A stretch of 64,000 bases of DNA, from assembly GCF_009914755.1 (NCBI RefSeq), contig NC_060941.1; one strand, 5' to 3'. This DNA comes from the human T2T-CHM13v2.0 reference genome, Homo sapiens. The position numbers and the translations under genes are program-made. This document shows, piece after piece, positions 14,623 to 29,185 of the stretch. Under the pieces are notes generated by a model, which was given only the letters and a program-made list of their open reading frames with translations, ran no database searches and was not told the DNA's origin. The first letter of the stretch is position 1. Every line of letters begins with the position of its first letter.

Positions 14623-15094
14623 GGAGCAATGTTACTTTAGGAAGCTGTTTCTGCAGAGGCTTGTCATGGTCGTAAGATGCCAGATCTGACGAGGAGCCCC
14701 TTTCATGCCTGTGCTGTAGGAGAGGCTTGAGGGCCAGGCCTGGGGAGCATGGATTCTGTCTTGAATTCCTTTCCTGGTCCTGCTGTTGGAAAAGGCTATG
14801 CAGGGAGCGGGTTCTTGAGGCAGGTATCAGAGATGCAGGAGAAGAGGCAAGAGAGAAAGCAAGCATCTCTGTCTACATCCAGAAATTAGATGCAAGGCCT
14901 GAAGTTTTCCCATATCTCTGAGAAATTCAGGTGAGGAAAAGGCACGGTTTCCCTTTTACAAAGATAAGATACATTTAGAGTTTGATTAAGCATTGAGGGA
15001 GAACAGCTGGAGTTAGTGGGGACAGTACTTATTATAATGCCTGTTTTAAGAAATAGTCACATTTTGGGGGAACAATACCATGGATTATCTGCTA

Positions 15095-15355
15095 TGGCCT
15101 AGAGCATCACGGATAAGAGGGCATGCTCCGGGATCAGTCTGGGCTCTGCCTCTCTTTAGCCTTGTGGCCCTAGTCAGGTTTCTTCACCTCTCTGGGCCTC
15201 AGTTTCCTCATCTGTGAAAAGGGAACAATGATAGTACCTACCTCAGAGGTTGTTGTGGGGATTAATTGAGCTAATACATGTAGCTTATGTATTACTGTAT
15301 GCTCATGTATTACTGGCATAGTAAGTGTCACATAAATGTGAGTTGCTATTATTTA
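15095..15355 (+). mobile_element. MIR
   Basis: Core CCTCTCTGGGCCTCAGTTTCCTCATCTGTGAAA. Confidence 0.9.
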
Positions 15356-15659
15356 TGATTGCTATTACTATCACGTAGGATCTGCTGTCTGTGATGGGGA
15401 GAAGCCAGCCAGGGGTGCACATAGTCAAATCCTAAGGTGCCACCGTCACTATCACCAAAGGAGGACATAGCTGACTTCTGAGGCATATCTACATTGCTCA
15501 GCCTTGTGCTGGCAGGTGGCAGGGAGGGAACCGCTGCATCTGCCACAGCCCCAAATCTAAAGTGGGAAAGGGGCTTGGGATTGCACATAGATGCCCTGAG
15601 GCTGTAAGGAATGCCGCCTTGGAGAGCTCCTTGGAAGGAAAGCTTTGGGGGAGCTGAAG

Positions 15660-15795
15660 CAGAGGGTCTCAAATTTAGAGTGCATCAGAATCGCTGGGAA
15701 ACTCATTGAATTTCAGCTTCCCAGGTTCATGGTTATTGGGCGGGGCTGCAGCATCTGCCTTTGAAACAAACATCTCTAAGTGATTATGATGCAGT
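15660..15795. mobile_element. MER5B-like MITE
   Basis: TCTCAAATTTAGAGTGCATCAGAATC...GTGATTATGATGCA. Confidence 0.6.
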
Positions 15796-17279
15796 TTTCC
15801 TTAGTCTGCAGTTACCTGGGAGACACAGCACATGTAGCTTCTGAGAAATGAGCACCTGAGCTCCCTCACATGAACTGACGTCCTTCTTGGCTGAGAGAAC
15901 TTCAGAGGTGCTAGGTTTTTAATCAGGGTTCCTGGCACCATGACTCTGACCCTCAGCTGAGCCCTTGCCATGAATATAAGCTTAGTTTTTATTCTGATCA
16001 CAGACAGAGCCACAGGCGGACTGGCCACAGACTGCTCTGGTCCTTGCTATATACTCATCCCTAATCCTTACCACGTACTGACCTCTACCCGTGACCTCGG
16101 CATAAATCCTGACTGTGGTCACCAGTGAAGCCCTCATCATAAACATAGACTAGCCTTTGCCTTTGACCCTTCCCCAGGCAGAGTGCCAAGCACAAGCTCA
16201 GCCAGCTGACTCTCACATGAGGGGATGTGGATGGTTCTGCGGAGCCTCCTCCTCCCCCAGGGCTGGAGACACAGCTGACAGCCCACACCCTGCTTGGTGG
16301 CCTCTGGTGGGGTTGAGGAGAGGGCTCTGGGACACAGGGACTGTGCGTGAAAGGTGACCCTAGCTCCACACGCAAGGCTGATTAACGTGTGTCATGCTTC
16401 CCTCATTCCCCAGGCGCCTTCTCCAGATCATTTCTCCTCTGATTAATTCCTCAGAACAAAGCTTGCAGCACTTATGTGGAGATTGACTGGAGGACCCTGA
16501 GGCTGTTCCCCAGTCGGCTCCTAGGCCTTTCCTGGGTGCTTGCGCTGGTGAAGTGTCTGAGGGGCAGGGAGGCCTGATGCCCAGAGCCTGGCCAGAATGC
16601 AGACAGTGTTCTGCCTCCAGGATGATGGGTTTGCTGGTTTTTTGGAGACAGTTTCCCACTGGAGCCAAATCGAGTGAGTGACATTCTGACTTAGGAGTCA
16701 CTGACATAGTGGGTTGAAATCTGTCAGGAGGTGAAATGGGTTCTCCTTTACAAAGATAAGATAAAAGTAGAGTTTATCTTACTGCTACCAACACCACCAT
16801 TGTTATCTTTGCTATCTGCACTATGAAAAATTCTTTACTTGAGTAATTTCATTTAACACTTAAATCCCAGGATTAAAACAAATAATGAGTAACTCAGTAT
16901 ATACGAGTATCACTACTGACAGGAGATGACACATCGCTCCATTGAGTTCAGGACCAGGGAAGTGAATTCCTCAGTGGACTTGCAGATTTCCCATTACTAT
17001 ACTCTGAAACACATGAAATCCATATAATTTCCTTTGTTTTCTTGGCTACAAGGAAATTCCAGAATTTCTCAAATTGCTGTAGCTTTCTGCTGTTGAAAGT
17101 TCTCAATGTAACTCTTGTCTACCCATCTGTCATTATTTCTTGGTTCCCAATTAGTAAACAAAAAATACATAAAAATTATAGTTTTGATGGTATTTGAGTC
17201 TGCACTACAAATAAATATGTGTATAAATGAACTGAAAATGCTGAACATTATTCTAAAGTCAATGTATTGATTGTGTGTT

Positions 17280-18520
17280 GGTTCTTCTCCAGTATGGTGG
17301 AGTACACTGCTAATAGACTCCTAATAGACTGACCCTCCTTCAGGTAATAACCATAAACCCTGGATAAAATATAGAAATCTGAAAGGCTCTGAGTAGTGAA
17401 CAAAGACAGGCAGATTGTGTAGCGTATTTGAAACTTGGAAGAAGGGACTAGCGTGAAGTGGGTTTCCCCTTTTGATGACTTTTGATTTGAAGGAAGCTAC
17501 GGTCATGACACAGCACAGAGCATCGAATATTCTGATAGAAAGCCCACTCTCTTTCTGGCCTGAAGAACCAGAGGACAGAGACAGAGGACAGCTGCTAGAA
17601 AATGAGGGAATGAATTCCAGAAAGGAAATAAGCAGAGAAAAGAGCCCCAAGTTCTGTGAATAAATTCTACCCAAGTCTCTGGCTGATCCCTGAGTTGTGC
17701 ATGCATGGTGCAGACCCAAAGAAGCTTGCAGCTAAGGCCAAAACACCTGAAATGAAATTAGATCTGCTGCCCACTTCAGATGAGATAGAGTTTGTAGTTT
17801 GAAACTCAACAAGTTCGATGCCTGTTAAATAAAAACATTAACACTCTTCAGAGTAATATGACAGAATCCAGAGTCTCAACAATGTAACAATCCACAAAAT
17901 TAGGGTATAATCCAAAAGTATTTGACGTATGAAAAAACACAAAAATGGGACCAATTCTCAAAGGAAAAGACAGTCAATAGAGGTCATGACCTAGAGACTG
18001 AAATTATCACACAAAGGAGTTAAAGCAACTACAACTGTAGTTGTATTACAATTATGGGAAACGTGGTTATAATGGATTTAAAAAAGGGAAATCTTAACAG
18101 AAATATAGAGCCTATAGAAAAAGAACAAAATACAAATTCTAGAACTAAAAAACAATTATATAAAATAAATAATTCACTAGGTGGACTTATTAGCAGAAAG
18201 GAAGTGACGGAAGAGTCAGTGAGCTTGAAGACAGATTAATACAAATGACTAAATCTGAGGAAAAAAGAAAAAAGATGAAAAAAAAAAAGAAGAGCTTCAG
18301 GGACTTATAGGGGAAATATAAAACTCTCTAACTTATAAATAATTGGAGTCCCAAGGAGAAAACCAGATAAAAACCATGATAGGAAATAACCACACAAATC
18401 TTCCAAAGTTTGGAGATGAGGACATACATTTACAAATTCATGAATCTTAGCAAGCCTGAAAGAGAATAAATAAGAAAATCATGCCTAGACATGTCAGAAT
18501 TTAACTGCTAAAATCAGTGT
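17280..18520 (+). mobile_element. Ancient L1M 5'/ORF1 region
   Basis: A-rich degenerate ORF1 phrases (AATTCTAGAACTAAAAA, TAATTGGAGTCCCAAGGAGA). Confidence 0.75.
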
Positions 18521-19697
18521 CAACCAGAAGGGTTTTGGATACGAGTGTATTCATTTATTCAATGAATGTTTCTTGAGCTGCGTATCAGACACTGTTGGTG
18601 TGCTATGAGCACAACCTAATGCTGGAAACTTTCGGAGAGGAATGGGGGCAATTACTGGAATTGGTTTAAGATTATGTTTTGTTCAGTAAGATCAAATTTA
18701 CATGAAGAATACAAGCAGAATAAACCTGGAGTTCGGGACATGAAGACAGTTCAGGAACACCGTTCAGGAGCATCTCAGAAGAAGAGCATCGAAGACTTTG
18801 AGGGGAAGGGAGTGAGGTCTGATGGGCGAGGAGACTTTAAAAACTCAGGTGGAGCATTTATGGGCAAGGACAATGAAGTATACTCTGACTCTGGGCTGTT
18901 CTGCAGTGACTTCAGTCTAGACAAAAGTCTGGATAAAAGAGGAGGAGGGGTCATTGGATAGCTTTGTGACGGTCCCATAGGCTGCAGGAGGAGTTGTTTT
19001 GAGGCAAGTGCTAGAAAGTTACCCTTGTAGTGTTGGTGTCTTGGTGAAACAGGGTCACTCATCAATTCATCATGAAACTGAGTGAGCAAGGGGGTCTCTG
19101 TTTAGAATTAAGGATGGGCATATTACCATGGGGAGCCAGAATGGAAGATCATGAGATGAAGGCTAATCAACCAAGAAGGAGGCAGGAGGGGCGAGAAGCA
19201 GGCAGAGGCAGTCTTTCCCTCTGAGAACATTCTCCAAAAGAGGCCTCTTTGTCACAAAATATTTAAAGTTAATATGTCCATGTGACAGTAGTTAAGATAA
19301 TAAAAAAAATACTTGGAGAAATATGAAAGCAAGGGACATGGATTCAACACTTGACTGAAACATCAGTGGCCAGATGATGATCTGTGTAGGGAGAAGAGAT
19401 AAATGATGGTATCTTTTTCAGTATTCACCTTCCGTGGGGGGCAGAGCTCCTTTCTCAGGTTGCCTCTTGTATTAGGGTTCTCCAAAGAAACAGAACTGAT
19501 AGGATGTGGGCGTAGATATCGCTATAGGTATAGATATAGATATATCTTAGTTGACAGGATTAATAGGATGTGGATACAGATTAGATATGGATGTTGGTAA
19601 CCTACAGGTCACATTTGGCAGGCTTCCAAATCAATCTCCTGGGGTAGGTCTCATGATGATTCATGGCTTACATCCTGTCCCTGAGTAAAGAATCTAA

Positions 19698-20010
<313 letters not shown>

Positions 20011-20428
20011 CCTGAGTCCCTCAAATCCTATCGTGAGTTCCTCAAACTGTTGATACATTTATTAATACATAGCTTACTGCTACTGAAAAGGACACTGATT
20101 TCTTTCTGAATCATGAAATTTTACTGATTGTCTTGTGTGCAGGACACTTTAGCATGTATATTGTAAACCGTAGCCAAGGATTGTAACCTCTGTCTTGTAC
20201 CCTCCAATAAAAAAATGACAATTCTGATATGTGGAGCTGCCTTCCTTTCTCCTAAACTTTCTTGTAAAGGCATTACAACTTGAAACAGACCTTGGAACAT
20301 GCTTGAAACAGACCTTGGAACACCGACTTTGTTGGTGTGTCTTCCCAGGTTGCTCCCCACATTTGGCTTCCAGTAAGCCTTTGTCAAGCCTTCCAAAGCC
20401 TCAACAACCTTAATTTTGGTTGACAAAA

Positions 20429-20446
20429 TGGCATAGTTGGCAGGAT
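20429..20446 (+). promoter_or_regulatory. Primer-binding site for tRNA-Ser
   Basis: TGGCATAGTTGGCAGGAT vs TGGCGTAGTCGGCAGGAT (complement of the tRNA-Ser 3' end); both mismatches are CpG transitions; 3 nt after the LTR end. Confidence 0.85.
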
Positions 20447-20845
20447 TTCAGAGTGACCTCCCTGGACCACCTGGAGCAGCTTCCAACCTTTGGGCAGGAA
20501 CTGGCAATGAACCCATTGCATTTTTGAACTTGGATGCACCTGCTAGGTCTACAAATGAGTTCCTCCTGAAATCAATTAACTTCTTGTCTTAGTAAAAGTT
20601 CCGGTTTATTGAATCTGATTTCCTCCTTGGCTAGGACATAGGAGGACTCTCTCAGAATGAGAGTTACTGCTACAAATTCGAGGTAAAGGTTTTTGTTGAG
20701 TACTACGGCAAGGGAGAATAGGAGCTCTGTGAATTGTTTCCTGGGAGTTTGGGGTGAGACCACCTTTCCTTAGCTTTCTCCTTTTTTGATTGCGTGAGGG
20801 CACTCTTGCTCCACTACATAGCTTGTCTCACTCAAAACAACCAAG

Positions 20846-21075
20846 ATGGGAAGTGGGTCCTCTAGTTGCACCAGCTGGTTTTATGTGTAATCCTTATGGT
20901 CCTTGTCCTTGCCAGTACTTAGGTAAGTGGATCAACCTAACTCGGGATGGTCATAAGCAGCAACAGCCAAAATGGGAATTTGTTTGAAATGTCTAAAATG
21001 ATTTATTTAAACACAAAATTGGAAAAAGCTGGCTTTAGAACCAAACAAATTGAATGGGTGACTTACTTCCAATAG
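20846..21075 (+). pseudogene. Degenerate gag matrix-like relic
   Basis: PAGFMCNPYGP..YLGKWINLTRD..PKW then, after a frameshift, KMIYLNTKLEK..EWVTYFQ*; position just after the leader. Confidence 0.5.
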
Positions 21076-23811
21076 CACCTAAAAGCTTTGTAACCTTCAC
21101 CTGCTCCCCCTTCTTCTGCCCCTCTGATCTGAACTCACTCCTTTCTGCTTGTTCCCTTGGCTTTATACATCTCTTAGGCAGAGATTTTTGGAATTTCACA
21201 ATGCTCACATTTTCTTCTCTCAAAAGGGGGAAATATATTTAAATTCGAAACAGAAGAAGCAAATGAAACAACTGCAGAATGAGAATAAAACTGCTGAGAT
21301 TAAAAAATACAGATTTTTTTTAAACAATTTTTTTATCCCTAAACTTTGTTAATGAGAAACACTCTGGGATTCTCAACCGTTGAGGCAATGCCAGGTTTTC
21401 TAGGCCTCCAGCTGGCTACATATTATGGCCCATTCTTGTGCACATTTGTAAATTGATGGGCAAGTTACTTCAAGGAAAATTCAGAACTCAAATAGTCGTT
21501 ATTCCAAAACCCTGCAACTCTAACGTTAGTATGTAGAATCTTCTAAGTTCTTTATTTCTCTATTTTTTTCTGCTACCTACTATGAATCTGCTGAGTTTTC
21601 TACTGGTTTTGAGATAAAACTCACTGCTACTGGTATTACTAATTCAAGGTTGCTTGGAGGTTTTGTTTTTCTTATAGAATTCAGCCAGTTCTAGATAATG
21701 GCTAAACATTAAAAATGTAACCCTAAATTCATCTGAAACCAAAGGAAAAAAAAAAGAAGTGAGTGAAAGAGATTCTTAAAAATATAAAACTGCCATGGAA
21801 ACTGCTATTTCCAAAATTTTAGTTCAGAGTCTTCACTATATTATCTATTGGGGCAAACAAAGTTTATTCATGTAAACAGGTCTCAATTTTGTCAGAGATA
21901 TAATTTGGATCCACTTGTCTTTTCACTCATAAATTAGCCCCAATATTCCCCAAGTTCATGTGACTTAAGTAAATCTTTAATAAATAAGATAGCTTTAAAG
22001 TTATTGGTAAAATAGAAATATCTTCATAAGCTGTGAAAATGATTAACATAGAAATAAGTTGAAATAATGCCTAGGTTTGTCAAATATCTCATTTCTCATA
22101 ATCTGGGTAAACTTAAAATAAATAAATTAAATGTAAATGGGATAAAGTGCTTATACATACAATTTTCATGTACTTTGAAATATTAAAATTGTGTTAAATA
22201 ATAACTACTTATTAAACATCCGAGTTATTTCCAATTAAGAAAAAATTATGTTAGAAGGAAACATGTTTCTAAAAATTATCAAATGGTTTTCATCTATAAA
22301 CTACTGATATGTGACAGATGATTCAAGATTTCTTGCCTCCTAGGTTTTCACCAAAATGTAAGGTTGCTAAGAATAAAAATTCTAAATAATATGTATAATT
22401 CTGTATATAAAGTGTACCTAAAAAACAAGATGTGTTTTTAAGAGAAAAAAACATAAAAAGGGATAAAATGTTTTCTTTACTGAGAAAAAATAATTTTGTC
22501 GAATTTGGAGGTTATTTAAAAGTTGATTCAAAATGTAGATTTAGGAGAAAGATATAAGAAGATAGAAAGGAACCATTAAGTAAGACAGAGAGAGAGAGAT
22601 GTGAAGAAAGTTGTGGACATAAATATATATTTTTATTAAGTAAGGTTAAAGAAAAAATAATTTTGTGTGAGAAAAAATCTTGAATAATAATTTTTTGTCC
22701 TAAAGTAAAATGACTTGGTATTTAAGAAAAAGGAAGTGTAGGATAAAGTAAGCATGTCATAAATGGTCTGTATCAGGTTCATGAAAAGAGAATTTAAGAA
22801 AGAAATTTTGTGTGTGTTTAAGTTGGCTATAATTAAAAGGAAATTATTTATAAGTCTTTCTAAAGATTGGTCCCCTATGTTGGAACAAGGTTTTCTTAAA
22901 GTATTGATTCGCTCTTAATGACATTGTAAGAGGTTTTGATTTTTAATTCTGTTATCTTTTTCTTTTTGAAACTTCTGAGATTTATATTTTGCAAGTTCAA
23001 CTTTTGCTGTGCTCGGCTACATGTAATTTGCAGGTCATGTATCATTGCTTTCTGTTTTTCCTCCTCTTGAAAAGATACATCTTTTTGCTTGGCTGGGGTG
23101 ATAACTCTTTCCACCTTTTCATCCATTCCTATAACTTTTTTCTCTAGTTCTAATTCTGATGTTGTGGCCTGCTGCTGAAATGTTTATCTTGAAGTTCTAG
23201 AAAAGCAATGTTTTCCTCCAGTGTAACTTGATTCCATTCTCTTGGCTTTTCGTGATGTGTCTGAATTGGTCAATGTAATTTGGAGACTTCCCATACAAAG
23301 AACCATGTATTCCCCTGATCAAGGTAATGGTTTTCTTGTTTACATTCCTCTGTGATGCAGTGTTCACTCATCACCCTGGAAACACTTCCTGTGTCTGCGT
23401 CTGTTTAAATTTAAATATCCTTTTCATCAGGCTTGGCTTCCAGGTTATCTAAATTGGCTTCTCATAAGGAGAAGCAATCACACCACAGGAGGTTATTCTT
23501 TACCTTTTTGGTAGCTGACTGAAAAACCAAAGATTTTACATTTTGTCAAGATAATTCCTGTGTTGCCTTTATTAGGTTTCTTGATTACTTAGGAAAACTG
23601 AGCTGTAAATGGGTTAAGGGTTTTATATTCATGTAACTTTCTGTATGGCCCCTGAGGTCTTTTGATTGTCACACTGGTTAAATAAATAACTATTATTTTA
23701 CAAAGACAATGACCTGTAATTTTGTTTTGTTCCAATGTTTTGAAACTTCTGACATATTTGACGTATTTTCCAAGGGTGAAAATCCTAAATTAAGTCTTTT
23801 TGGATTAAATA

Positions 23812-23861
23812 TTAGGTTGGTGCAAAAGTAATTGCAGTTTTAATTGCAGTTTTTGATCTAA
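23812..23861. mobile_element. MADE1 mariner MITE, internally deleted
   Basis: TTAGGTTGGTGCAAAAGTAATTGC TIR; ends CTAA; TA on both sides. Confidence 0.85.
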
Positions 23862-24235
23862 TATATGTATTTGGTGAATTATATGGAAAACAATGACAAT
23901 AAATGATACTAATCTTCCTTCAGTTACATCTATGGGTATGTTGTTGATATAAATGTTCCAAAAAGTATGTAAATTATAAAAACCCAATATGTTATCAGTC
24001 ATAATTTTGATTATGTTAATTTTTTCTAAAATTATATGGCTATGTTATTAATATGAGTATTCTAAAGATTACATAAAATTTATAAAAGTCTAATGGTCCT
24101 GATATGACACTGTCAGTCATAGTTGTGGTTGTTATCTTAAAATGCTACATGCAATGGAAATAACTAAATTTCTTTGTCAATTGGGAATTTTCATCAGATT
24201 TAACCTATGGCTATTCAAAGTTTTTGTGATCATAG

Positions 24236-24518
<283 letters not shown>

Positions 24519-25179
24519 CAGAGCTATTGTTTTGAAATCTTCTCTAGAAACATTTGCAATCAGCTATACTCCAAAACTGCTTTCCATGGAAGAGACTCTA
24601 ACAAGTCCTTTTGAATACAGATTTCCGATAACTTTAAGAATAATAGACTAAATAAAAACTTCCATAAAAAGTTGTACATCAAGATCACTAACCCAACATC
24701 AAACAAAACAAGAATTACACGGGACTGCACTCATAGAGGACTAAAATGATTTTTATGACTTTTAAAAAAATTGCTAATTCTTTTTATATTCTGTTTTCCA
24801 ACGTCAAAAAGTTTTCCTTCTTTTGAGCCACCTTACAACAATTGGGTAAAGTATGCTTTTGTGAACAAAATTAAGACACTTACTTTCTCTTTACCCAAAT
24901 TCTCCAGAATATGGAAACTATTCCTCAACAGCTAAGGCCAAAATAATATCACCCAGCAACTGTATGTGATTCATTATTCAGGAAAACAGCACATAGCCTT
25001 GTGTCATGTTCTGCCCCATGTTGCTAACAACCTGCCTGCAATAACAAGGTTCTTTCTTTGCATTGAGAGATGAGACTTCCTGGGAATGAGCCTTCTCAGT
25101 GCCTAGGGATAAAGAATGTCTATCACTCTAACCTAAGTGGAGATTTATCATCAGTGCTTCCACGCGAAGATTTTTGATC

Positions 25180-25191
25180 AAAAAGGGGAAA
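25180..25191 (+). promoter_or_regulatory. Polypurine tract
   Basis: AAAAAGGGGAAA directly before the TG of the 3' LTR. Confidence 0.85.
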
Positions 25192-25253
25192 TGATAACTT
25201 ACAGGTCACCTTTGGCAGGCTTCCAAATTAACCACCTGGGAAAGGTCTTATGA

Positions 25254-25584
<331 letters not shown>

Positions 25585-26586
25585 CCTCTGAGTAACAAAT
25601 CTTATTGTGAGTCCCTCAAATCTTATTGTGAGTTCCTCAAATTTTTGATGTACTGATTAATATGTAACCTATTAACACTGAAACGGACACTGATTTGTTT
25701 CTGATGCATGAAGTTTTGCTGATTGTCTTGCTGTAGGACATTTTGGCCAGTATGCTGTAAACTGTAGCCGATGATTGTAACCTCTGAATTGAACCCACCA
25801 ATAAAAAAGAGCAACTCTGATATGAGAAGACCCCCTCCCTTCTCCTAAACGTTCTTATAATGGCATTCCAACTTGTAACAGACTTTGGAACACACCTAAA
25901 TTCGTTGGTGTGTCTTCCCAGGTTGATGCTCACATTTGACTTCTGCTAAAGCTTTTTCAATTTATTTCAGCCTCAAGAGCCTTAATTTTGATCAACAGTG
26001 TATAGATTTATTTTAAGGAATAGGTGCATGAATAATGGAAGTTGGCAAGCCTAAAATTCACAGGATAGGCCATCCTGCTGGAGACCCAGGAAAGAGCCAC
26101 AGTTGCAGTTCTTGTCTGAAACCATCTGCTGGCAGAATTCCCTCTTGCTTGGGGGAGAGCAATCTTTTGTTTTATTCAGGCTGTCAGGTGATTGGATGAG
26201 GCCCACCGACTCATGGAGGGCACTCTACCCAAAGTCCACCAATTTAAATGTCAAACTCATCCAAAAACACCCACACAGAAACATCCAGAATAATGTTTGA
26301 CCAAATACCTGGGCACCATGGCCCAGCCAAGTGGACACACAAAATTAACCATCATAGCTCCCTTGATGGGGGACTGAGGTAGGCTTTTGGATCAAGGAGG
26401 GGATGTTTTACACCTCAGTGAGGCTTTGCCCTCCACTTGGGACCCTGGATTCTGTTTGTGAAAGGTCCTGATTGAAGACAGGAGAAGGAGTGGTAACCAC
26501 AGACTGAGGGTGGGGGATCGCAGACTACACGGCTGTGTCCACAATATCAGGTTCCAAAGGTGGGAAATAAGAGATAACACTAGGAT

Positions 26587-26878
26587 GGCCGGGCGTGGTG
26601 GCTCATGCCCGTAATCCCAGCACTTTGGGAGGCCGAGGGGAGCAGATCACGAGGTCAAGAGATTGAGACCATCCTGGCCAACATGGTGAAACCCCGTCTC
26701 TACAAAAAATACAAAAATTAGCTGGGCGTGGTGGCTCACGCCTGTAGTCCCAGCTACTCGGGAGGCTGAGGCAGGAGAATTGCCTGAACCTGGGAGGTGG
26801 AGTGAGCCGAGATCCTGCCACTGCACTCCAGCCTGGCAACAGAGTGAGACTCCGTCTCAAAAAAAAAAAAGAAAAAAG
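26587..26878 (+). mobile_element. AluSc-like
   Basis: GATCACGAGGTCAAGAGATTGAGACCATCC. Confidence 0.95.
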
Positions 26879-26894
26879 ATATTAACACTAGAAC

Positions 26895-27115
26895 TAATGA
26901 CAAATACCTGAATAGTGCCTACCATGTGCCAACAGTGTCCTAAGGACTTTGTATATTTTAATGCAATTAGTCCCCCAGTAACCTTGTGATATAGTACTCT
27001 TATTATCCCCACCGTACAAATGGTAAAAAAAAACAAAAAAAAAAACTGAGGCTAAGCTGGGGTTTGAACCCAGGGAGTCTAACTCTAGAGATTTCACTCT
27101 GAATTACTGATCTAT
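26895..27115 (-). mobile_element. MIR
   Basis: TTATTATCCCC...AAACTGAGGCT...GGGTTTGAACCCAGG. Confidence 0.75.
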
Positions 27116-27599
27116 ACTGAAGGGCAAGTTAGGAATGGCTTGACTAAGATTAGAGATAAAAACCAGGAGATAGAAGCATGTTCTAGTGTTAATCTCAAGT
27201 AACTATTTTTTTTTTTTCCTCTAAAAGGCTTAAGTTAACTAGTGGGTAACATTGCCTTTGGAGAAGGAGGCCTCAGGGAAACTGTTAACTCTTAGATGAG
27301 AACGAAGAATGAGTGTCTCAGGTTTTGGTGTCAGTGCTTGCTTAGAGAGAGAATGTTCAATCTTTGATTCTTCAAAACTTTGGGAATTGTGTACATGTGG
27401 CTGTGCTTGTGTGCATTCAGCAGTTTTGGCTTGTTCATTCATTGACTCACTTTTTTTTTTTTTTTTGATCTCCAGGAATGTGCTGGCACTGATGACACAG
27501 TAATGACCAAGATAAACAAGGACCTGCTCTAGCCTGACAGGCTGGTAAGGAGAGACAGAAAACAAGGATCTTAGATTGTCAAAGTGCATCCTAGTTTGG

Positions 27600-28383
27600 C
27601 TCTATGAGAGGGACTTGGGCGCTGGTAGTTTACCTGGGAAGTGATTTCAAGAAGCACAAATTGGGCCGGGCGCGGTGACTCATGCCTCTAATCACAGCAC
27701 TTTGGGAGGCTAAGATGGGTGGATCCCCTGAGGTCAGGAGTTCAAGACCAGCCTGGCCAACATGGTGAAACCCTATTTCTACTAAAAATACAAAAATTAG
27801 CCGGGCGTGGTGGCATGCACCTATAATCCCAGCTACTCAGGAGGCTGAGGTGGGAGAATTGCTTGATCACTTAAACCTGGGAGGCCGAGGTTGCAGTGAG
27901 CCGAGATGGCGCCACTGCACTCCAGGCTGGGCGACAGAGCAAAACTCTGTCTAAAAAAAAACCAAAAAACAAAGCACAAATTGGGAGGTGGGAAACAGAC
28001 AGGGAAGGGAAAAAAAGCCCATAACACGTGCATTCGTGAAGGGGTATCACTGTGAGCAGGAACTCAGTCCGGTGGGGATCCTCTGAGGAATGGTGGCGCT
28101 TGCTCAGGATCATCCCAATGAGAGGTGGGAACTGGGAGTGCATCTATTTACTCCCATCTCCCACTGGCTGAGGGTTGTCTCCAGGGCTGGTCACTTCTCC
28201 ATGCTCATGGGTTGTGCATTTGGGAAGCTGGACACGTTCTGTGGGGGAGAGGACACCCTTAGGCTGAGAAGCAGAGAGACCCAGGCTCTTGTCTAGGGAG
28301 GCAGCCAGCGAGCTGGAACAGTCTGCCTCAGCTCCAGATAAACTCAGAAGCTGGCCACAGGGCTGTGGACAGCGTGTCCACTA
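27600..28383 (-). mobile_element. Old ERVL LTR (LTR33-like) interrupted by an Alu
   Basis: GGTAGTTTACCTGGGAAGTGATTTCAAGAAGCAC...ACAGGGAAGGGA. Confidence 0.55.
27664..27971 (+). mobile_element. AluSx-like
   Basis: TSD AAGCACAAATTG. Confidence 0.95.
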
Positions 28384-28384
28384 T

Positions 28385-28830
28385 GAGGGCCCTGTAGTGA
28401 GGGACAGTTTTGCTTGTTCAAGGAGCCAAAAGGACTGAACAGGTGATGGAGGACAGGAGGAGCTGGGCTGGAGAGGTGGGTAGAGGCCAGGCCCCCAATG
28501 CCCAGCCACCAGCATAGGGGCTGTGGATTTTCTAAGTACAGAAGAAGTCACAGAGGGTTTCAAGCAGAAGTGCAAAATGAGCTGAGGGTAATTTTTAAAA
28601 TATGAGAGAGGAGTAAATGCCTGGAGAAGGTAAGGAAACTTGGGCTCCAGGGCATATGGGCCTCTGAGAGGAGCAGGGATGCATCTTCTATTAAGACAGG
28701 AGCAAGAGTGGGCACCCGCCTCACACAGGGTTGGCCTAGGAACAGGAGGGAGCTTCTGTTGTTATTTTCTTTTCTTTCTGCCCTGGAGAATGAGGTGCCC
28801 CCACTGGCCAAAATGGGAGTTGGGAGGGGA
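28385..28830 (-). mobile_element. L2 fragment
   Basis: TGTGGATTTTCTAAGTACAGAAGAAGTCACAGAGGGTTTCAAGCAG. Confidence 0.55.
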
Positions 28831-28857
28831 TTAAAGGAGAGAGAAGTGACAGTTTTC

Positions 28858-29185
<328 letters not shown>

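Noticed and set aside
14471-14866. 131-aa minus-strand ORF with a possible TTTCCAACAG acceptor
   Set aside because: Runs into an Alu, has no convincing donor and no recognisable product.
18674-18961. 95-aa hydrophilic ORF
   Set aside because: No recognisable family, splice context or retrocopy hallmarks; possibly an old unrecognised repeat.
20429-20447. tRNA-like sequence as a tRNA gene
   Set aside because: Only the 18-nt complement of a tRNA 3' end directly after an LTR, which makes it a PBS.
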